From Gemmatimonadaceae bacterium (GTDB taxonomy: Bacteria > Gemmatimonadota > Gemmatimonadetes > Gemmatimonadales > Gemmatimonadaceae): a DNA stretch of 64,000 nt. Location: assembly GCA_045803545.1 (NCBI GenBank), contig JBJMOW010000004.1:640001-704000 (forward strand), in the 5' to 3' direction. Position 1 is the first letter of the stretch; each line of letters opens with the position of its first letter. The notes under the pieces were generated by a model. It saw only the letters and a list, made by a program, of their open reading frames with translations. It was not told where the DNA came from and ran no database searches. This document shows positions 8,832 to 18,041 of this stretch, one piece after another. The translations under genes were made by a program, and so were the position numbers.

Positions 8832-8959
8832 GGCTAACGCCCCAGTTCTGCTGCGAGCGATCTGCCTTCAACGCGCATTAAGAGCTCCAAAGCAGCATAC
8901 TTGCTAGCCGAGAAACCCAACGACTATCAAGCGCTCGTCTGCTGCAACTACCGTTAGGT
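8832..8959 (-). repeat. attC (128 bp)
   Basis: GGCTAAC...GTTAGGT. Confidence 0.92.
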
Positions 8960-8968
8960 GGTGCGCGG

Positions 8969-9517
8969 TTAGTGGCCGATCGTATCACAGTGGGGCAACG
9001 GTTCAAGCTTAGCTATTGTTGCCTCGATGGGCTGGTTAAGAAACTCATTTTCCATTCGTGCGCGAAATGCAGATGCTGCGGGTTCGCCTGCAGCGTCCGA
9101 ACCTCCATTTCCGACAAATACGTGAACCTGCGTGATAAGCGCGCGGCGCTTCGCCCCTTGGATGGCGATCGGCGCGTATCTCACTTTTTGCAGCGACGCG
9201 CAAACGGAACGCTCGAACTCCGGCCTGTCCGTCTGAAGAAAAGATGCAGTGCCAAGTTCTACATGCCCGGTTGTGTCGACGACGAACGCTTCCACGACTG
9301 CGCCGTTGATCAAACTTCCGTCAAAGCCGCGGGGATACTTCGGAAAGGCCGGTTCTAATAAACCAGACGTGTCAGCCTTAGCTGCGACAATCGATGTGGG
9401 GTCGCGAAAACGTAGCTGCCCTGGTCCAGGCGCCGCAAATACTTCTATGCGCTGGTTCGCGCATGCGTTACTAGCAAGGAGGAATGAGAGAAGGACCCAT
9501 CGGTGAGATCTGTTCAT
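8969..9517 (-). CDS. Cassette: exported protein with TonB C-terminal-like domain
   Basis: PKYP...GAVVEAFVVDTTGHV...RYAP pattern after a signal peptide. Confidence 0.65.
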   Translation of the reverse strand: MNRSHRWVLLSFLLASNACANQRIEVFAAPGPGQLRFRDPTSIVAAKADTSGLLEPAFPKYPRGFDGSLINGAVVEAFVVDTTGHVELGTASFLQTDRPEFERSVCASLQKVRYAPIAIQGAKRRALITQVHVFVGNGGSDAAGEPAASAFRARMENEFLNQPIEATIAKLEPLPHCDTIGH

Positions 9518-9540
9518 AACGTCGATTTCCAGTTGCAACC

Positions 9541-9632
9541 ACTTAACGCCTTAGGTCAGCTGCAAGTACGTTACAACCATTGCGACGAAGTCGCATTCGA
9601 GAAGTGCTTGTCCGCTGCAACGATCGTTAGGC
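9541..9632 (-). repeat. attC (92 bp, short family)
   Basis: ACTTAAC...GTTAGGC. Confidence 0.9.
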
Positions 9633-9705
9633 GGCGTGGCACGATCACTCGCTTGTGCATTGCTAAGCCACGCAAAGTCCATATTGGCGCCTGTTGAGAG
9701 CGAAT

Positions 9706-10263
9706 CTACAGATTCACGGACTTGAACCGTCGTCGATAACTGAGGTTGCGTCCCGAGACCATGAACACTCCATCGCCGCGATAGTGGACCGTCTGGGGAT
9801 AGCGCGGTGACGTCGCGACGTGAGCCTTCACTACCTCGAAGATGAATAGGCTGTATCGGTTGATCCGACTCCCGTCAACCAATTTGCACTCGAAATTCGC
9901 GTAGCACTCAGCGATAAGCGGCGCCTTTACTTTTGATGCCTTGACGGGTGTAAGGCCAAACGCCTCAAACTTGTCGCCTTTGCCTCCGTGAATGTTACCA
10001 ACACCGATGACCGTGTCGATGAGATCAAACGTCGGAATGTTGATCACGCATTCCTTACTCCGGCGGATTAGCGAAAAGCTGTGGTTTTCGTCCCATATGA
10101 AACAACCGAAGAGCGCGGGCTCAAATCCGAGCATCATGTGCCAGCCCAGAGTCATGACGTTCCGCTCGCCTCGATGGGCGGAGCTGATGAGCACAATAGG
10201 CCCCGGCTCAATGAAGCGCCGGATCTTCGTGAGGGGCAAGCTCCTCTTTTTGTACCTTCTCAT
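9706..10263 (-). CDS. Cassette: flavin reductase-like FMN-binding protein
   Basis: EPGPIVLISS, NVMTLGWH, APLIAECYANFEC. Confidence 0.88.
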   Translation of the reverse strand: MRRYKKRSLPLTKIRRFIEPGPIVLISSAHRGERNVMTLGWHMMLGFEPALFGCFIWDENHSFSLIRRSKECVINIPTFDLIDTVIGVGNIHGGKGDKFEAFGLTPVKASKVKAPLIAECYANFECKLVDGSRINRYSLFIFEVVKAHVATSPRYPQTVHYRGDGVFMVSGRNLSYRRRFKSVNL

Positions 10264-10288
10264 TCTTCCGTCCAAGTCCGGGCAGTCC

Positions 10289-10383
10289 GCCTAACGCCTG
10301 AGTTCAGCTGCGAGCGACCGATCGAACGGCGCTCACATGTGTTCAATAGCACGCGCGCTCGTCTGCTGCAACGTTCGTTAGCT
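10289..10383 (-). repeat. attC (95 bp)
   Basis: GCCTAAC...GTTAGCT. Confidence 0.92.
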
Positions 10384-10953
10384 AGCGGTGCGATCACATC
10401 CGACAACGAGCACTCGGTCAACAACCGTCGATTTGGGCAAGCCAGCCAAGGCAGCACGATCCCATTTCTCCGGAGGTGCGTCCGATCCACTCTCAGATAA
10501 TTGAAAGCTTAAGCCACAATGCTCAGGGCTCAGCAAAAACACGGCGCCTTCACCGCCCAGCCCTGTTGGCTCTTTCAGCTGCAGAAGGCGTTCGATGGAA
10601 GTACCAACGCCAATTGAATCAGCTGTCTTGAGACTGCGCGACGCAACTTCGATCCTCCAAACGCGTGAGCTATCGATTTCGGCTTCCACAGTATCGTGGC
10701 TAAATGCCACTCTCAGTATTCGTGTTGGCATGCCTTCGCCGCCGAGTTCTGTGTCATCGCTGATAACTCGACATACGCGTTTGATTGAGTCGACGTTACG
10801 GCCAACCACCAATTCACCAATTCCGCGTCCACTCAACACCTCGTTCCCGCACGGCAACGCGAGGGAGGAGCTCGCGGGCAAATTCGCTTGCTCATTCTTC
10901 CCGCTGCACGCGGAGAGGGCCACGACAAAGAGAACGTTGAGAATTCTATTCAT
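10378..10953 (-). CDS. Cassette: putative lipoprotein
   Basis: Lipobox LSAC; stop within R'' box. Confidence 0.78.
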   Translation of the reverse strand: MNRILNVLFVVALSACSGKNEQANLPASSSLALPCGNEVLSGRGIGELVVGRNVDSIKRVCRVISDDTELGGEGMPTRILRVAFSHDTVEAEIDSSRVWRIEVASRSLKTADSIGVGTSIERLLQLKEPTGLGGEGAVFLLSPEHCGLSFQLSESGSDAPPEKWDRAALAGLPKSTVVDRVLVVGCDRTAS

Positions 10954-10974
10954 CAAGCGGAGGTCCGTCTGGCT

Positions 10975-11072
10975 AGCTAACGCCCAAGTTCAGCTGCGAG
11001 CGACTCTGATGTAGCTGCGATCATATCTAATTCCTTAAAGCGAGCGCTCGCCTGCTGCAACGTTCGTTAGAC
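10975..11072 (-). repeat. attC (98 bp)
   Basis: AGCTAAC...GTTAGAC. Confidence 0.92.
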
Positions 11073-11078
11073 GGCGAG

Positions 11079-11762
11079 TCACGACGAAGGTTGGCTAAGG
11101 AGTCGTATCTGGCCCGAAACCTCGAGCCTCACCAGGCGGCAAGGGATTCCTCTCCCGACAAGCCACCGAGACATTATCGGAACCATCTCGGGAGTTTCGA
11201 CTCCGAAAACAAGTCGACCTTCCAGAGCGTCAATAGCCCACATAGTTACATTCACTCCCTGAGCTCGGCCAGGTCGACCGAGAAATTCCATCCAATCGTA
11301 CAACTCGGCATAATCCCATCGTACCTGGTACGGCAGGACCGAGTCCGGATAGCTGGTTGGATAGCGGGACACAGAAAAAGGACCGTGTGGCGCGAGCGTA
11401 TCCAATGCCGCGAGCGCTGCTCGCTTCTGACTCGTGTCACGCATCCACAGCAGTGTCCTGTGTTGGATCGAATCCACCATTGGCCCGAACGTCCATCCTC
11501 CCGGAACTCGGCGCGCGAGCCACACACTGACTTGCTCCGAATCAGAACTATCATGAGGGGCGGCTACAGCATCTGAAGCTCTGACCTTCGGAAGAAATCT
11601 TGGCGACGTTGGACTGCAGTCAGCTGAGGGGTTTACCCAGACGGATGTGTCCTGGTAGGGAGCAGTCGCCTGCTTTGAGTGGCGCGATGCGCAACTCATT
11701 GTAGCGCAAAGCATGGTCGGTAGACCAATGACGCGCATCGCCTCATGTACGTGTCTTCGCAT
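11079..11762 (-). CDS. Cassette: hypothetical exported protein
   Basis: 227 aa ORF filling the cassette. Confidence 0.7.
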   Translation of the reverse strand: MRRHVHEAMRVIGLPTMLCATMSCASRHSKQATAPYQDTSVWVNPSADCSPTSPRFLPKVRASDAVAAPHDSSDSEQVSVWLARRVPGGWTFGPMVDSIQHRTLLWMRDTSQKRAALAALDTLAPHGPFSVSRYPTSYPDSVLPYQVRWDYAELYDWMEFLGRPGRAQGVNVTMWAIDALEGRLVFGVETPEMVPIMSRWLVGRGIPCRLVRLEVSGQIRLLSQPSS

Positions 11763-11779
11763 CAATGCTAGTTCTCGCC

Positions 11780-11907
11780 GTCTAACGCCCAAGTTCTGCT
11801 GCGAGCGACTCTACTATCATAGCGCGAAAGACTCGATCACACGAACACCCGAAGAGGATTCAACCCAACAACTATCAAGCGCTCGTCTGCAGCAACTACC
11901 GTTAGAT
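11780..11907 (-). repeat. attC (128 bp)
   Basis: GTCTAAC...GTTAGAT. Confidence 0.92.
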
Positions 11908-11925
11908 AGTGAGGCGCGAGATCTC

Positions 11926-12357
11926 TCAATAGCATTCGATGCCACCCTTGCATGGCGGAGCCATTTTCATTCTCACTACAAGAGTGTCTATCGCGCTCGC
12001 GGTCAGATTTCGTTGCTCGGTTTGCGCCATGTAACCGATCCGACGGACTAATACCCTGTAGGAGCCGGGTTCAACGCGACGGATGATGAAACTCCCGCGT
12101 TTATCTGTATAGGCAAAATAGGATCTACCGCTGCTGCTCGGTTGCAGAAGTATTTGCGTCGTTTCAAGCGGAGATCCCGCCGCAGAGTCGAGGACTGCGC
12201 CCACGAGGGCAGCAACGCGTCTTCCGGTGGAATCCCGCGCAATAGAATCCGGATCAACGTGTGGTATGAAGATGTTTGGCGCGAAGAGCGGCGTCGGTCT
12301 GTGCGCACAGGCGGCGACGACGATGAGGATGCCTACAGCTGTAGGGTGATGCCGCAT
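11926..12357 (-). CDS. Cassette: lipoprotein with carboxypeptidase-regulatory-like beta domain
   Basis: VAAC lipobox; GAVLDS...TDKRGSF...PGSYRVLVRRIGY. Confidence 0.8.
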   Translation of the reverse strand: MRHHPTAVGILIVVAACAHRPTPLFAPNIFIPHVDPDSIARDSTGRRVAALVGAVLDSAAGSPLETTQILLQPSSSGRSYFAYTDKRGSFIIRRVEPGSYRVLVRRIGYMAQTEQRNLTASAIDTLVVRMKMAPPCKGGIECY

Positions 12358-12393
12358 GAATCTTACAGTTTGTAGAAAGAGCTGCTTCTCACT

Positions 12394-12522
12394 ATCTAAC
12401 GCCCAAGTTCAGCTGCGAGCGATTCTACTATCATAGCGCGAAGACCCTGCACATATGAGCGCTCGAAGGGCGCACAACCCAACGATTTAACCCGCGCTCG
12501 TCTGCTGCAACTACCGTTAGGA
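12394..12522 (-). repeat. attC (129 bp)
   Basis: ATCTAAC...GTTAGGA. Confidence 0.92.
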
Positions 12523-12524
12523 AG

Positions 12525-13106
12525 CTACTCACGAGATGCTGACTGACTAGCAAGAAACTCCCGAAGTCCTTCAAAGTCCGCGAGCATCCTGAGCTTCCAT
12601 TGTCCATTCACTCTGCGCAGCTCCATAGCCTGCACTCCACGTATTGGTCGCTCGCTAGCTGGCAATCGCCACTGGTACACAACGTACGCTCGGTCGGGTT
12701 CGGGTTGAGCGACACCGTAGATGTTGATGCCTTGAAAGCGATCGAGTGCGGATCCCTGTGAACTTGTCGCGACGAAGAAGGAAAAGAGCCTGGCGTTGAA
12801 GTCGGCGTCTGAGAGAGTACTCAGAACGAGTTGCGTCGGCGTCCCGAGGACACGCACGGCAAGACGGTGCGTGGAATCTTTCTCGAAGATCGGCAGGAAT
12901 GCTGCCTTTGTTCTCGCCAGTTCTTCGGGGTCTGTAAGGCTTGCTGATGTTCTCCAGTCCTTGGCTAGCAGCGCATCGGAGTATCGTTGCACGACCTCCG
13001 ACGGGGTGAGACTCGCCGCTCCAGCGGCTCTGTTTTGCGCAGGTGTTTCACTCGGCGAAATCAACGCGATTGTACTTGCGAGAAGAACTAGACGGCCGCG
13101 TACCAT
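12525..13106 (-). CDS. Cassette: exported hypothetical protein (possible NTF2-like fold)
   Basis: Signal peptide; TPSEVVQRY...LRRVNGQWKL. Confidence 0.65.
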   Translation of the reverse strand: MVRGRLVLLASTIALISPSETPAQNRAAGAASLTPSEVVQRYSDALLAKDWRTSASLTDPEELARTKAAFLPIFEKDSTHRLAVRVLGTPTQLVLSTLSDADFNARLFSFFVATSSQGSALDRFQGINIYGVAQPEPDRAYVVYQWRLPASERPIRGVQAMELRRVNGQWKLRMLADFEGLREFLASQSASRE

Positions 13107-13132
13107 AGGCAAAGAGAATGTGTAGGTAGGCT

Positions 13133-13266
13133 TCCTAACGCCTTGTTCAGCTGCGAGCGACTCTAGCATCTAAGCAGAATAGTATTTCCGCGCCGCAGGC
13201 CAAACGCCTGAAGAGCGATCAACCAAACGACTTTGGCGCGCTCGTCTGCTGCAACTCTCGTTAGGT
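13133..13266 (-). repeat. attC (134 bp)
   Basis: TCCTAAC...GTTAGGT. Confidence 0.92.
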
Positions 13267-14040
13267 AGCAAAGTGCGGAAGGGTAGAATCTGGCCAATGG
13301 AAATCAATGAAGTGCGAAGGCGAGTTAATGACGACGTGATTGATTCTGTTCGGGTGGTATGACAGAGTTGCGCCTGCCCACACCTCAACGCCTCCTGGCA
13401 TTGTTGGCAGCACCTGCGGTAACGGACTGTCTACGAGATTGAAGAAAAACTTATATCCCCTCCATTCGAAGAGCCCGCCGGCAAGGCCGTGTCCCTCCCA
13501 GATTAGCGGCATGAAGACCAGCCCGCTCAATGGTTTGATCGTGTCGCCAACGCTCGCAGCGGAGTAAAGCCCCATGGGTCTTACGATGGGCGCTTGGCCA
13601 AACGCCGCGGCAACCAGCGACCGCGGCGGCCGATCTCCGTCGTTCCCAAGCGCCCATTGGATATTCCAATCATTAACTAGCGCGAGATTGATTGCCGTTT
13701 TCAGGAACCATCGCTCGAGGAGACTGGCATCAACGCCGAAGCAATGAAGAAACCATTGACGGGATCCCAAGCGACGGCGCGATTCAGTAAGCTTCTCGGC
13801 TGCTTCAAATTCCTCAAATGCGCGTGCGCCGGCTTCATCGACTGGCGACAGGGCGCTGTTGTGATCTCGACAAAGAAACTTGGAGACAATCGCTGCTGTC
13901 CCCACCTCTTTAGGCGTGGTCTTGCACCAAGGGAAGCCGACAACGGAGATCTTGTTGGTTCGCCAAAATGCTTCGGTAACCAGATGCTCTCGGGAGATTT
14001 TTCCACCACAGCCGCCTAGACGGCTCGCCCAACAATTCAT
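13261..14040 (-). CDS. Cassette: protein with N-terminal HNH-like nuclease motif
   Basis: C...C...SREH...LCRDHNSALSPVD. Confidence 0.6.
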   Translation of the reverse strand: MNCWASRLGGCGGKISREHLVTEAFWRTNKISVVGFPWCKTTPKEVGTAAIVSKFLCRDHNSALSPVDEAGARAFEEFEAAEKLTESRRRLGSRQWFLHCFGVDASLLERWFLKTAINLALVNDWNIQWALGNDGDRPPRSLVAAAFGQAPIVRPMGLYSAASVGDTIKPLSGLVFMPLIWEGHGLAGGLFEWRGYKFFFNLVDSPLPQVLPTMPGGVEVWAGATLSYHPNRINHVVINSPSHFIDFHWPDSTLPHFAT

Positions 14041-14063
14041 TTCTTAACTAATCTGTGTATGCT

Positions 14064-14192
14064 ACCTAACGCCCAAGTTCTGCTGCGAGCGACTCTACTA
14101 TAGTAGCGCGATTCACTTGCATACATGAAACGCCCGAAAGGCGTTCAACCCAATGACTATCAAGCGCTTGTCTGCCGCAACTACCGTTAGGC
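14064..14192 (-). repeat. attC (129 bp)
   Basis: ACCTAAC...GTTAGGC. Confidence 0.92.
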
Positions 14193-14528
14193 AGTGTGGG
14201 CGTCTTGCGCTTTCCATATGACACCGATCATAGAGGAGCACTGGCGTGCATATGCCACAGCATTGTCTCGCTCGACGGGACCGGCGCTATGAGCTACAGA
14301 GTTCCGGACCCGTCTGAGATCTCCGATCTCTGTTGCGATTTGAGAGCCGAGCAACCGATCGTTACCGATAACTGCTTCGGCTGATCGTCCTACTCTGCAC
14401 TCGATACCTCGTGCGGCGAGATAGTCTCGAACCGTCAGCTCCAAGCGACGGTACCAATCCAGAACGAGCGCGTGTGGCGCTTCGTCAGCCATCACCGAGA
14501 CGTAGTCATCGAAATTGGTTGCGGTCAT
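14187..14528 (-). CDS. Cassette: small HEPN-like protein
   Basis: LRRVRNSVAH (RxxxxH) in a 113-aa helical-looking protein. Confidence 0.6.
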   Translation of the reverse strand: MTATNFDDYVSVMADEAPHALVLDWYRRLELTVRDYLAARGIECRVGRSAEAVIGNDRLLGSQIATEIGDLRRVRNSVAHSAGPVERDNAVAYARQCSSMIGVIWKAQDAHTA

Positions 14529-14547
14529 ACAAACTCCGTGAACAACT

Positions 14548-14676
14548 GTCTAACGCCCAAGTTCAGCTGCGAGCGATCTACTATCAAGCCGCATTGCGAT
14601 TCGTGCTTCAGAAAAACTTGAAAGGCGAGAAACCCAACGACTATCACGCGTTCGTCTGCTGCAACTACCGTTAGGC
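14548..14676 (-). repeat. attC (129 bp)
   Basis: GTCTAAC...GTTAGGC. Confidence 0.92.
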
Positions 14677-14713
14677 CGCAGTGCGAGCGCAGTTGGTTTT
14701 CGCATGTGTGACT

Positions 14714-15148
14714 TCAATTGCGGAACAAGTTCTCCTGTTGAAATCGCTGCATTGCAGACGAAAGGTTTTGTTCGAGAGCCCAGTAGTTATCAATCGCTCG
14801 ATTCAGCATGTCCACTGCTTCTTCGCGCGCATCGAAGGACACCACACGCGGCTGCTTCTTCACATTCCAATGCTTTAATGCATTCTTGGCAAGGTTTGCC
14901 CGATGAGCGATTTCGCTGCCTTCGATAGACTCGCCTGTGAGATGTTTATGAATCTCGACAGCTGCCTTCTTGATTGTCTCGACTGAGTTCTTCACTCCAT
15001 TTGCGGTGAGAAGCTGGCCGAAAATCTCGTCAGCAGCGCCGCTAAGAGAGATTACAGAGTAATAGTCCTGCCCCTCAAAGTAGAGTCGGAGCGCAGTTTC
15101 GAGTTGAACGAGCGCCATCCCCATTCGGTCATGTTGTGCCAGCGCCAT
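14714..15148 (-). CDS. Cassette: helical protein, possible divergent HEPN
   Basis: QLETALRLYF...LSGAADEI...AKNALKH. Confidence 0.55.
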   Translation of the reverse strand: MALAQHDRMGMALVQLETALRLYFEGQDYYSVISLSGAADEIFGQLLTANGVKNSVETIKKAAVEIHKHLTGESIEGSEIAHRANLAKNALKHWNVKKQPRVVSFDAREEAVDMLNRAIDNYWALEQNLSSAMQRFQQENLFRN

Positions 15149-15160
15149 TCCTGTCTGTCG

Positions 15161-15289
15161 GCCTAACGCCCAAGTTCTGCTGCGAGCGATCGACCAGCAA
15201 CGCGCATTATCATTTCTCCACGCACTGCAATCGACAGGCGCACAACCCAACGACTATCAAGCGCTCGTCTGCAGCAACTACAGTTAGGC
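15161..15289 (-). repeat. attC (129 bp)
   Basis: GCCTAAC...GTTAGGC. Confidence 0.92.
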
Positions 15290-15733
15290 AGGCTGCGGAC
15301 GATGCTTCCTTTCCGCTGTGCCACGACGCTCGTGTAGAATCAGTCGCGTAAAAGCGCCTCCGATAACAGCCGTTGCTGGGATCGCGACAAAAGCGAATAT
15401 TGCAGAGTTGACTACTTGGATGCGGTCGAGAGCGGACAGCCCTCGAGGACTAAGCCTCGGCCAACTTTCTGGCGATATCTGACCCAGGGCGTAAAGTGTT
15501 CCCATACCTGGAAGAAAGAAAAACACTCCAGAGACAACACCCACGCCAAGCGCCAGTGCGAGTGCTGCGGGCCATTCGTGTTTCCTGCGGTCACCCAAGT
15601 AAACCGCAAGCGCTCCGCCTAATACCGGCCATACGAGTGGGTACAAATAGCTTCTTGGGTAAAGAGCGTTGAGGTAGAACAACAATCCGCTAACGGCGCC
15701 TATCAATGCGGCGTCTCTAAAGTTCGATTGCAT
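15284..15733 (-). CDS. Cassette: membrane protein
   Basis: 149 aa, about 4 hydrophobic segments, GGAGG RBS. Confidence 0.75.
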   Translation of the reverse strand: MQSNFRDAALIGAVSGLLFYLNALYPRSYLYPLVWPVLGGALAVYLGDRRKHEWPAALALALGVGVVSGVFFFLPGMGTLYALGQISPESWPRLSPRGLSALDRIQVVNSAIFAFVAIPATAVIGGAFTRLILHERRGTAERKHRPQPA

Positions 15734-15792
15734 AAAGCCTCCGCGGATCTGTATTAACGTAAAGGCGCCCCGAGAATACCTGCATATGCGCT

Positions 15793-15920
15793 GCCTAACG
15801 CCCCAGTTCTGCTGCGAGCGATCTATTCACCATGCGCGATGGACTCGCCGACGGCAAGATCTCGACAGGCGAACAACCCAACAATTGTCACGCGCTCGTC
15901 TGCAGCAACTATCGTTAGGC
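15793..15920 (-). repeat. attC (128 bp)
   Basis: GCCTAAC...GTTAGGC. Confidence 0.92.
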
Positions 15921-16178
15921 AGTGGCGCGGACTTCCATCATCGGAAGGTCATTAGGTAACGCACTCCACCGATTAAAGTCTACGTCCGTCGCTTGAGAGA
16001 TTCTCTCGTCGCTTTCGTCTCGCGAGTTCCACGCAGTATTGATGTGGTGGTAGACATGCTGCATGTCGACCCAGTACTCACCGTAGTCGTAGTCCGCAGT
16101 ACTCTCGATTGACTTAATCATTTCGTCCAGAGCTTCGCTGGCTTCCTTTAGTTGCGAAAGAACTTGATTCCGGTTCAT
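15915..16178 (-). CDS. Cassette: small acidic hypothetical protein
   Basis: 87 aa, HVYHHINTAWNSR motif, GAGG RBS. Confidence 0.75.
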   Translation of the reverse strand: MNRNQVLSQLKEASEALDEMIKSIESTADYDYGEYWVDMQHVYHHINTAWNSRDESDERISQATDVDFNRWSALPNDLPMMEVRATA

Positions 16179-16209
16179 TGGTGCCTCACACGAAATCTCG
16201 ATTTCATCT

Positions 16210-16307
16210 GCCTAACGCCCCAGTTCTGCTGCGAGCGACTCTAATGTAGCTGCGATCATAACTAATTCCTTAAAGCGAGCGCTCGTCTGCAGCAACTACC
16301 GTTAGAC
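16210..16307 (-). repeat. attC (98 bp)
   Basis: GCCTAAC...GTTAGAC; nearly identical to 10975-11072. Confidence 0.92.
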
Positions 16308-16952
16308 AGCGCGTGTGACGGGACGCTTGTATTGCGGCAGCTCCGGCGGTGCCAACAAGTAGCTGTTCCACAAAAAAGGTTCACGCATCTGTTCGGCTAA
16401 AAATTCATCTAGCACGAGCGAGTGCATTCGCACTCTGTGATCTTGCGCGCGATTGTGCCGGCGAATGAGTTCCTCGAGATATTCTTCACTCGGTAGAACG
16501 ATTGTCGCGACCGTGGGATCCAAGCGCAGGTCCTCAGTTCGGATGCGCCACTCCCGCTCCCAGCAAAAATCAATTGGCGGCTCACTTGTCGGTTCGTACC
16601 GTACGTGCCGATAGCGAAGCGATTCCGGTAACTCTGAGAACTCAGACTCTGGCTGGTAAATCACCGGCCGTCCTCCTCTCTCAAAGAGCCATTTCTTAGG
16701 AAGCAGGACTCCGAATGGCATGTAACGAAGCCGTTGGGCCGCGGTCCGCGCGAAAACGTCAGTCAGATGCGCGAGGGGCGCTTCCGTGAAACAAACGCAA
16801 GTGTAATTGCCTTTGATGAAACCCGTGCCGCCGAGGAGTCGCGAGTCACCGACGATATGCGAAAGGACCTCGAACGCTTCAGTGGGGGAATCGCCCTTAG
16901 TGAAGTGAATAACATCATTCGCTATGTCGTCGCGCCTCTGAAATGGATTCAT
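16302..16952 (-). CDS. Cassette: AbiGi/DUF2743-like protein (ADP-ribosyltransferase-type motifs)
   Basis: IHFTK, CVCFTEAPL, FGV...GGRPVIY, WEREWR. Confidence 0.7.
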   Translation of the reverse strand: MNPFQRRDDIANDVIHFTKGDSPTEAFEVLSHIVGDSRLLGGTGFIKGNYTCVCFTEAPLAHLTDVFARTAAQRLRYMPFGVLLPKKWLFERGGRPVIYQPESEFSELPESLRYRHVRYEPTSEPPIDFCWEREWRIRTEDLRLDPTVATIVLPSEEYLEELIRRHNRAQDHRVRMHSLVLDEFLAEQMREPFLWNSYLLAPPELPQYKRPVTRAV

Positions 16953-16967
16953 AGCGTGTTAGCGGCT

Positions 16968-17102
16968 GTCTAACGCCCCAGTTCTGCTGCGAGCGACTCT
17001 AACATAGTTGCACGATGGCAGTTCCGCGCCGCAGGCGATGCGCTCGAAGAGCGTTCAACCCAACGACTAACAAGCGCTCGTCTGCAGCAACTAACGTTAG
17101 GT
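16968..17102 (-). repeat. attC (135 bp)
   Basis: GTCTAAC...GTTAGGT. Confidence 0.92.
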
Positions 17103-17306
17103 GGTGCCTTTGGTAGCGCGGATTTTCTCACGCGATTCCCACCAGCGTGAAAACAACATCCAAAGACTTACTGCCAGAGATAAGAACGTAGATATCCATT
17201 CGCGTCTTTGAAAACTGTCCCATGCGAGCCAGAAGAAGACTAGAGCAAACGCGATGTCTACGAAGGCGACCACGCGATCCTTTGAAGGGAGCGGTGCTTT
17301 TATCAT
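17097..17306 (-). CDS. Cassette: small two-TM membrane protein
   Basis: 69 aa ORF filling the cassette. Confidence 0.65.
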   Translation of the reverse strand: MIKAPLPSKDRVVAFVDIAFALVFFWLAWDSFQRREWISTFLSLAVSLWMLFSRWWESREKIRATKGTT

Positions 17307-17316
17307 AGATGCATCC

Positions 17317-17451
17317 ACCTAACGCCCCAGTTCTGCTGCGAGCGATTCTAACATAGCTGCGAAAAGATTGCGACGCACCGCAGGCAAAACGCCGGAAAAG
17401 CGAGAAACCCAACGACTAACACGCGCTCGTCTGCAGCAACTACGGTTAGAT
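17317..17451 (-). repeat. attC (135 bp)
   Basis: ACCTAAC...GTTAGAT. Confidence 0.92.
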
Positions 17452-17920
17452 AGTGAGGCGCGCGAAGTTGTCGGGTCGCAGTCGATATCGATGAAAGAGT
17501 TGCGTTTGAAACAGCTATTCTCAGTATGACCGTATCGACCACACCCGCACGAAGGTCGCGGCGACCAATCGAAGGCAGGTAGCCAAGGCGACGAGCCAAT
17601 ACGTTGTAACTGCCAGGCTCAATTTTTCCGATGACGAAGCCACCGCTTTTATTGGTATAAGCAGCGCGCCGGTTTGTCCCGTCGGGAGACCTAAGAAGCA
17701 CCTGCGCGCCTTCTATGCCCGAACCTGAAGCAGAATCCAGAACGACCCCAGCCAAGGCTCCCAGCTTTCTGCCCGTCGAGTCTCGGGTGACAGAATCCTG
17801 CGGAAAACCTGGGATTCCAGTTGTGAGTACGTTGTTAGTTCGGGACGTGACGCATCCAATGGCAGCAACTAACGATGTGGCCGTGAAAACTGTTCTGCGC
17901 ATAGCAGCGAGGTTGATCAC
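17348..17920 (-). CDS. Cassette: lipoprotein with carboxypeptidase-regulatory-like domain; frame runs through attC
   Basis: Paralogue of 11926-12357 (RDSTGR, GVVLDS, EPGSY, RRLGY). Confidence 0.78.
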   Translation of the reverse strand: MINLAAMRRTVFTATSLVAAIGCVTSRTNNVLTTGIPGFPQDSVTRDSTGRKLGALAGVVLDSASGSGIEGAQVLLRSPDGTNRRAAYTNKSGGFVIGKIEPGSYNVLARRLGYLPSIGRRDLRAGVVDTVILRIAVSNATLSSISTATRQLRAPHYLTVVAADERVLVVGFLAFPAFCLRCVAIFSQLC

Positions 17921-17949
17921 CTTAAGTGCGGAAGAATGTGTGTCTCACT

Positions 17950-18041
17950 ATCTAACGCCTTAGTTCAGCTGCAAGCACACTACCACCATGGCGGCGAAGC
18001 CGCATCCGAAAAGTGCTTGTCAGCTGCAACGTTCGTTAGGC
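17950..18041 (-). repeat. attC (92 bp, short family)
   Basis: ATCTAAC...GTTAGGC. Confidence 0.92.

Noticed and set aside
5761..15250. ORF-track N-terminal extensions (starts at 5802, 6458, 7574, 8280, 11792, 13169, 15250)
   Set aside because: They begin inside or beyond attC sites; starts were trimmed to codons within each cassette
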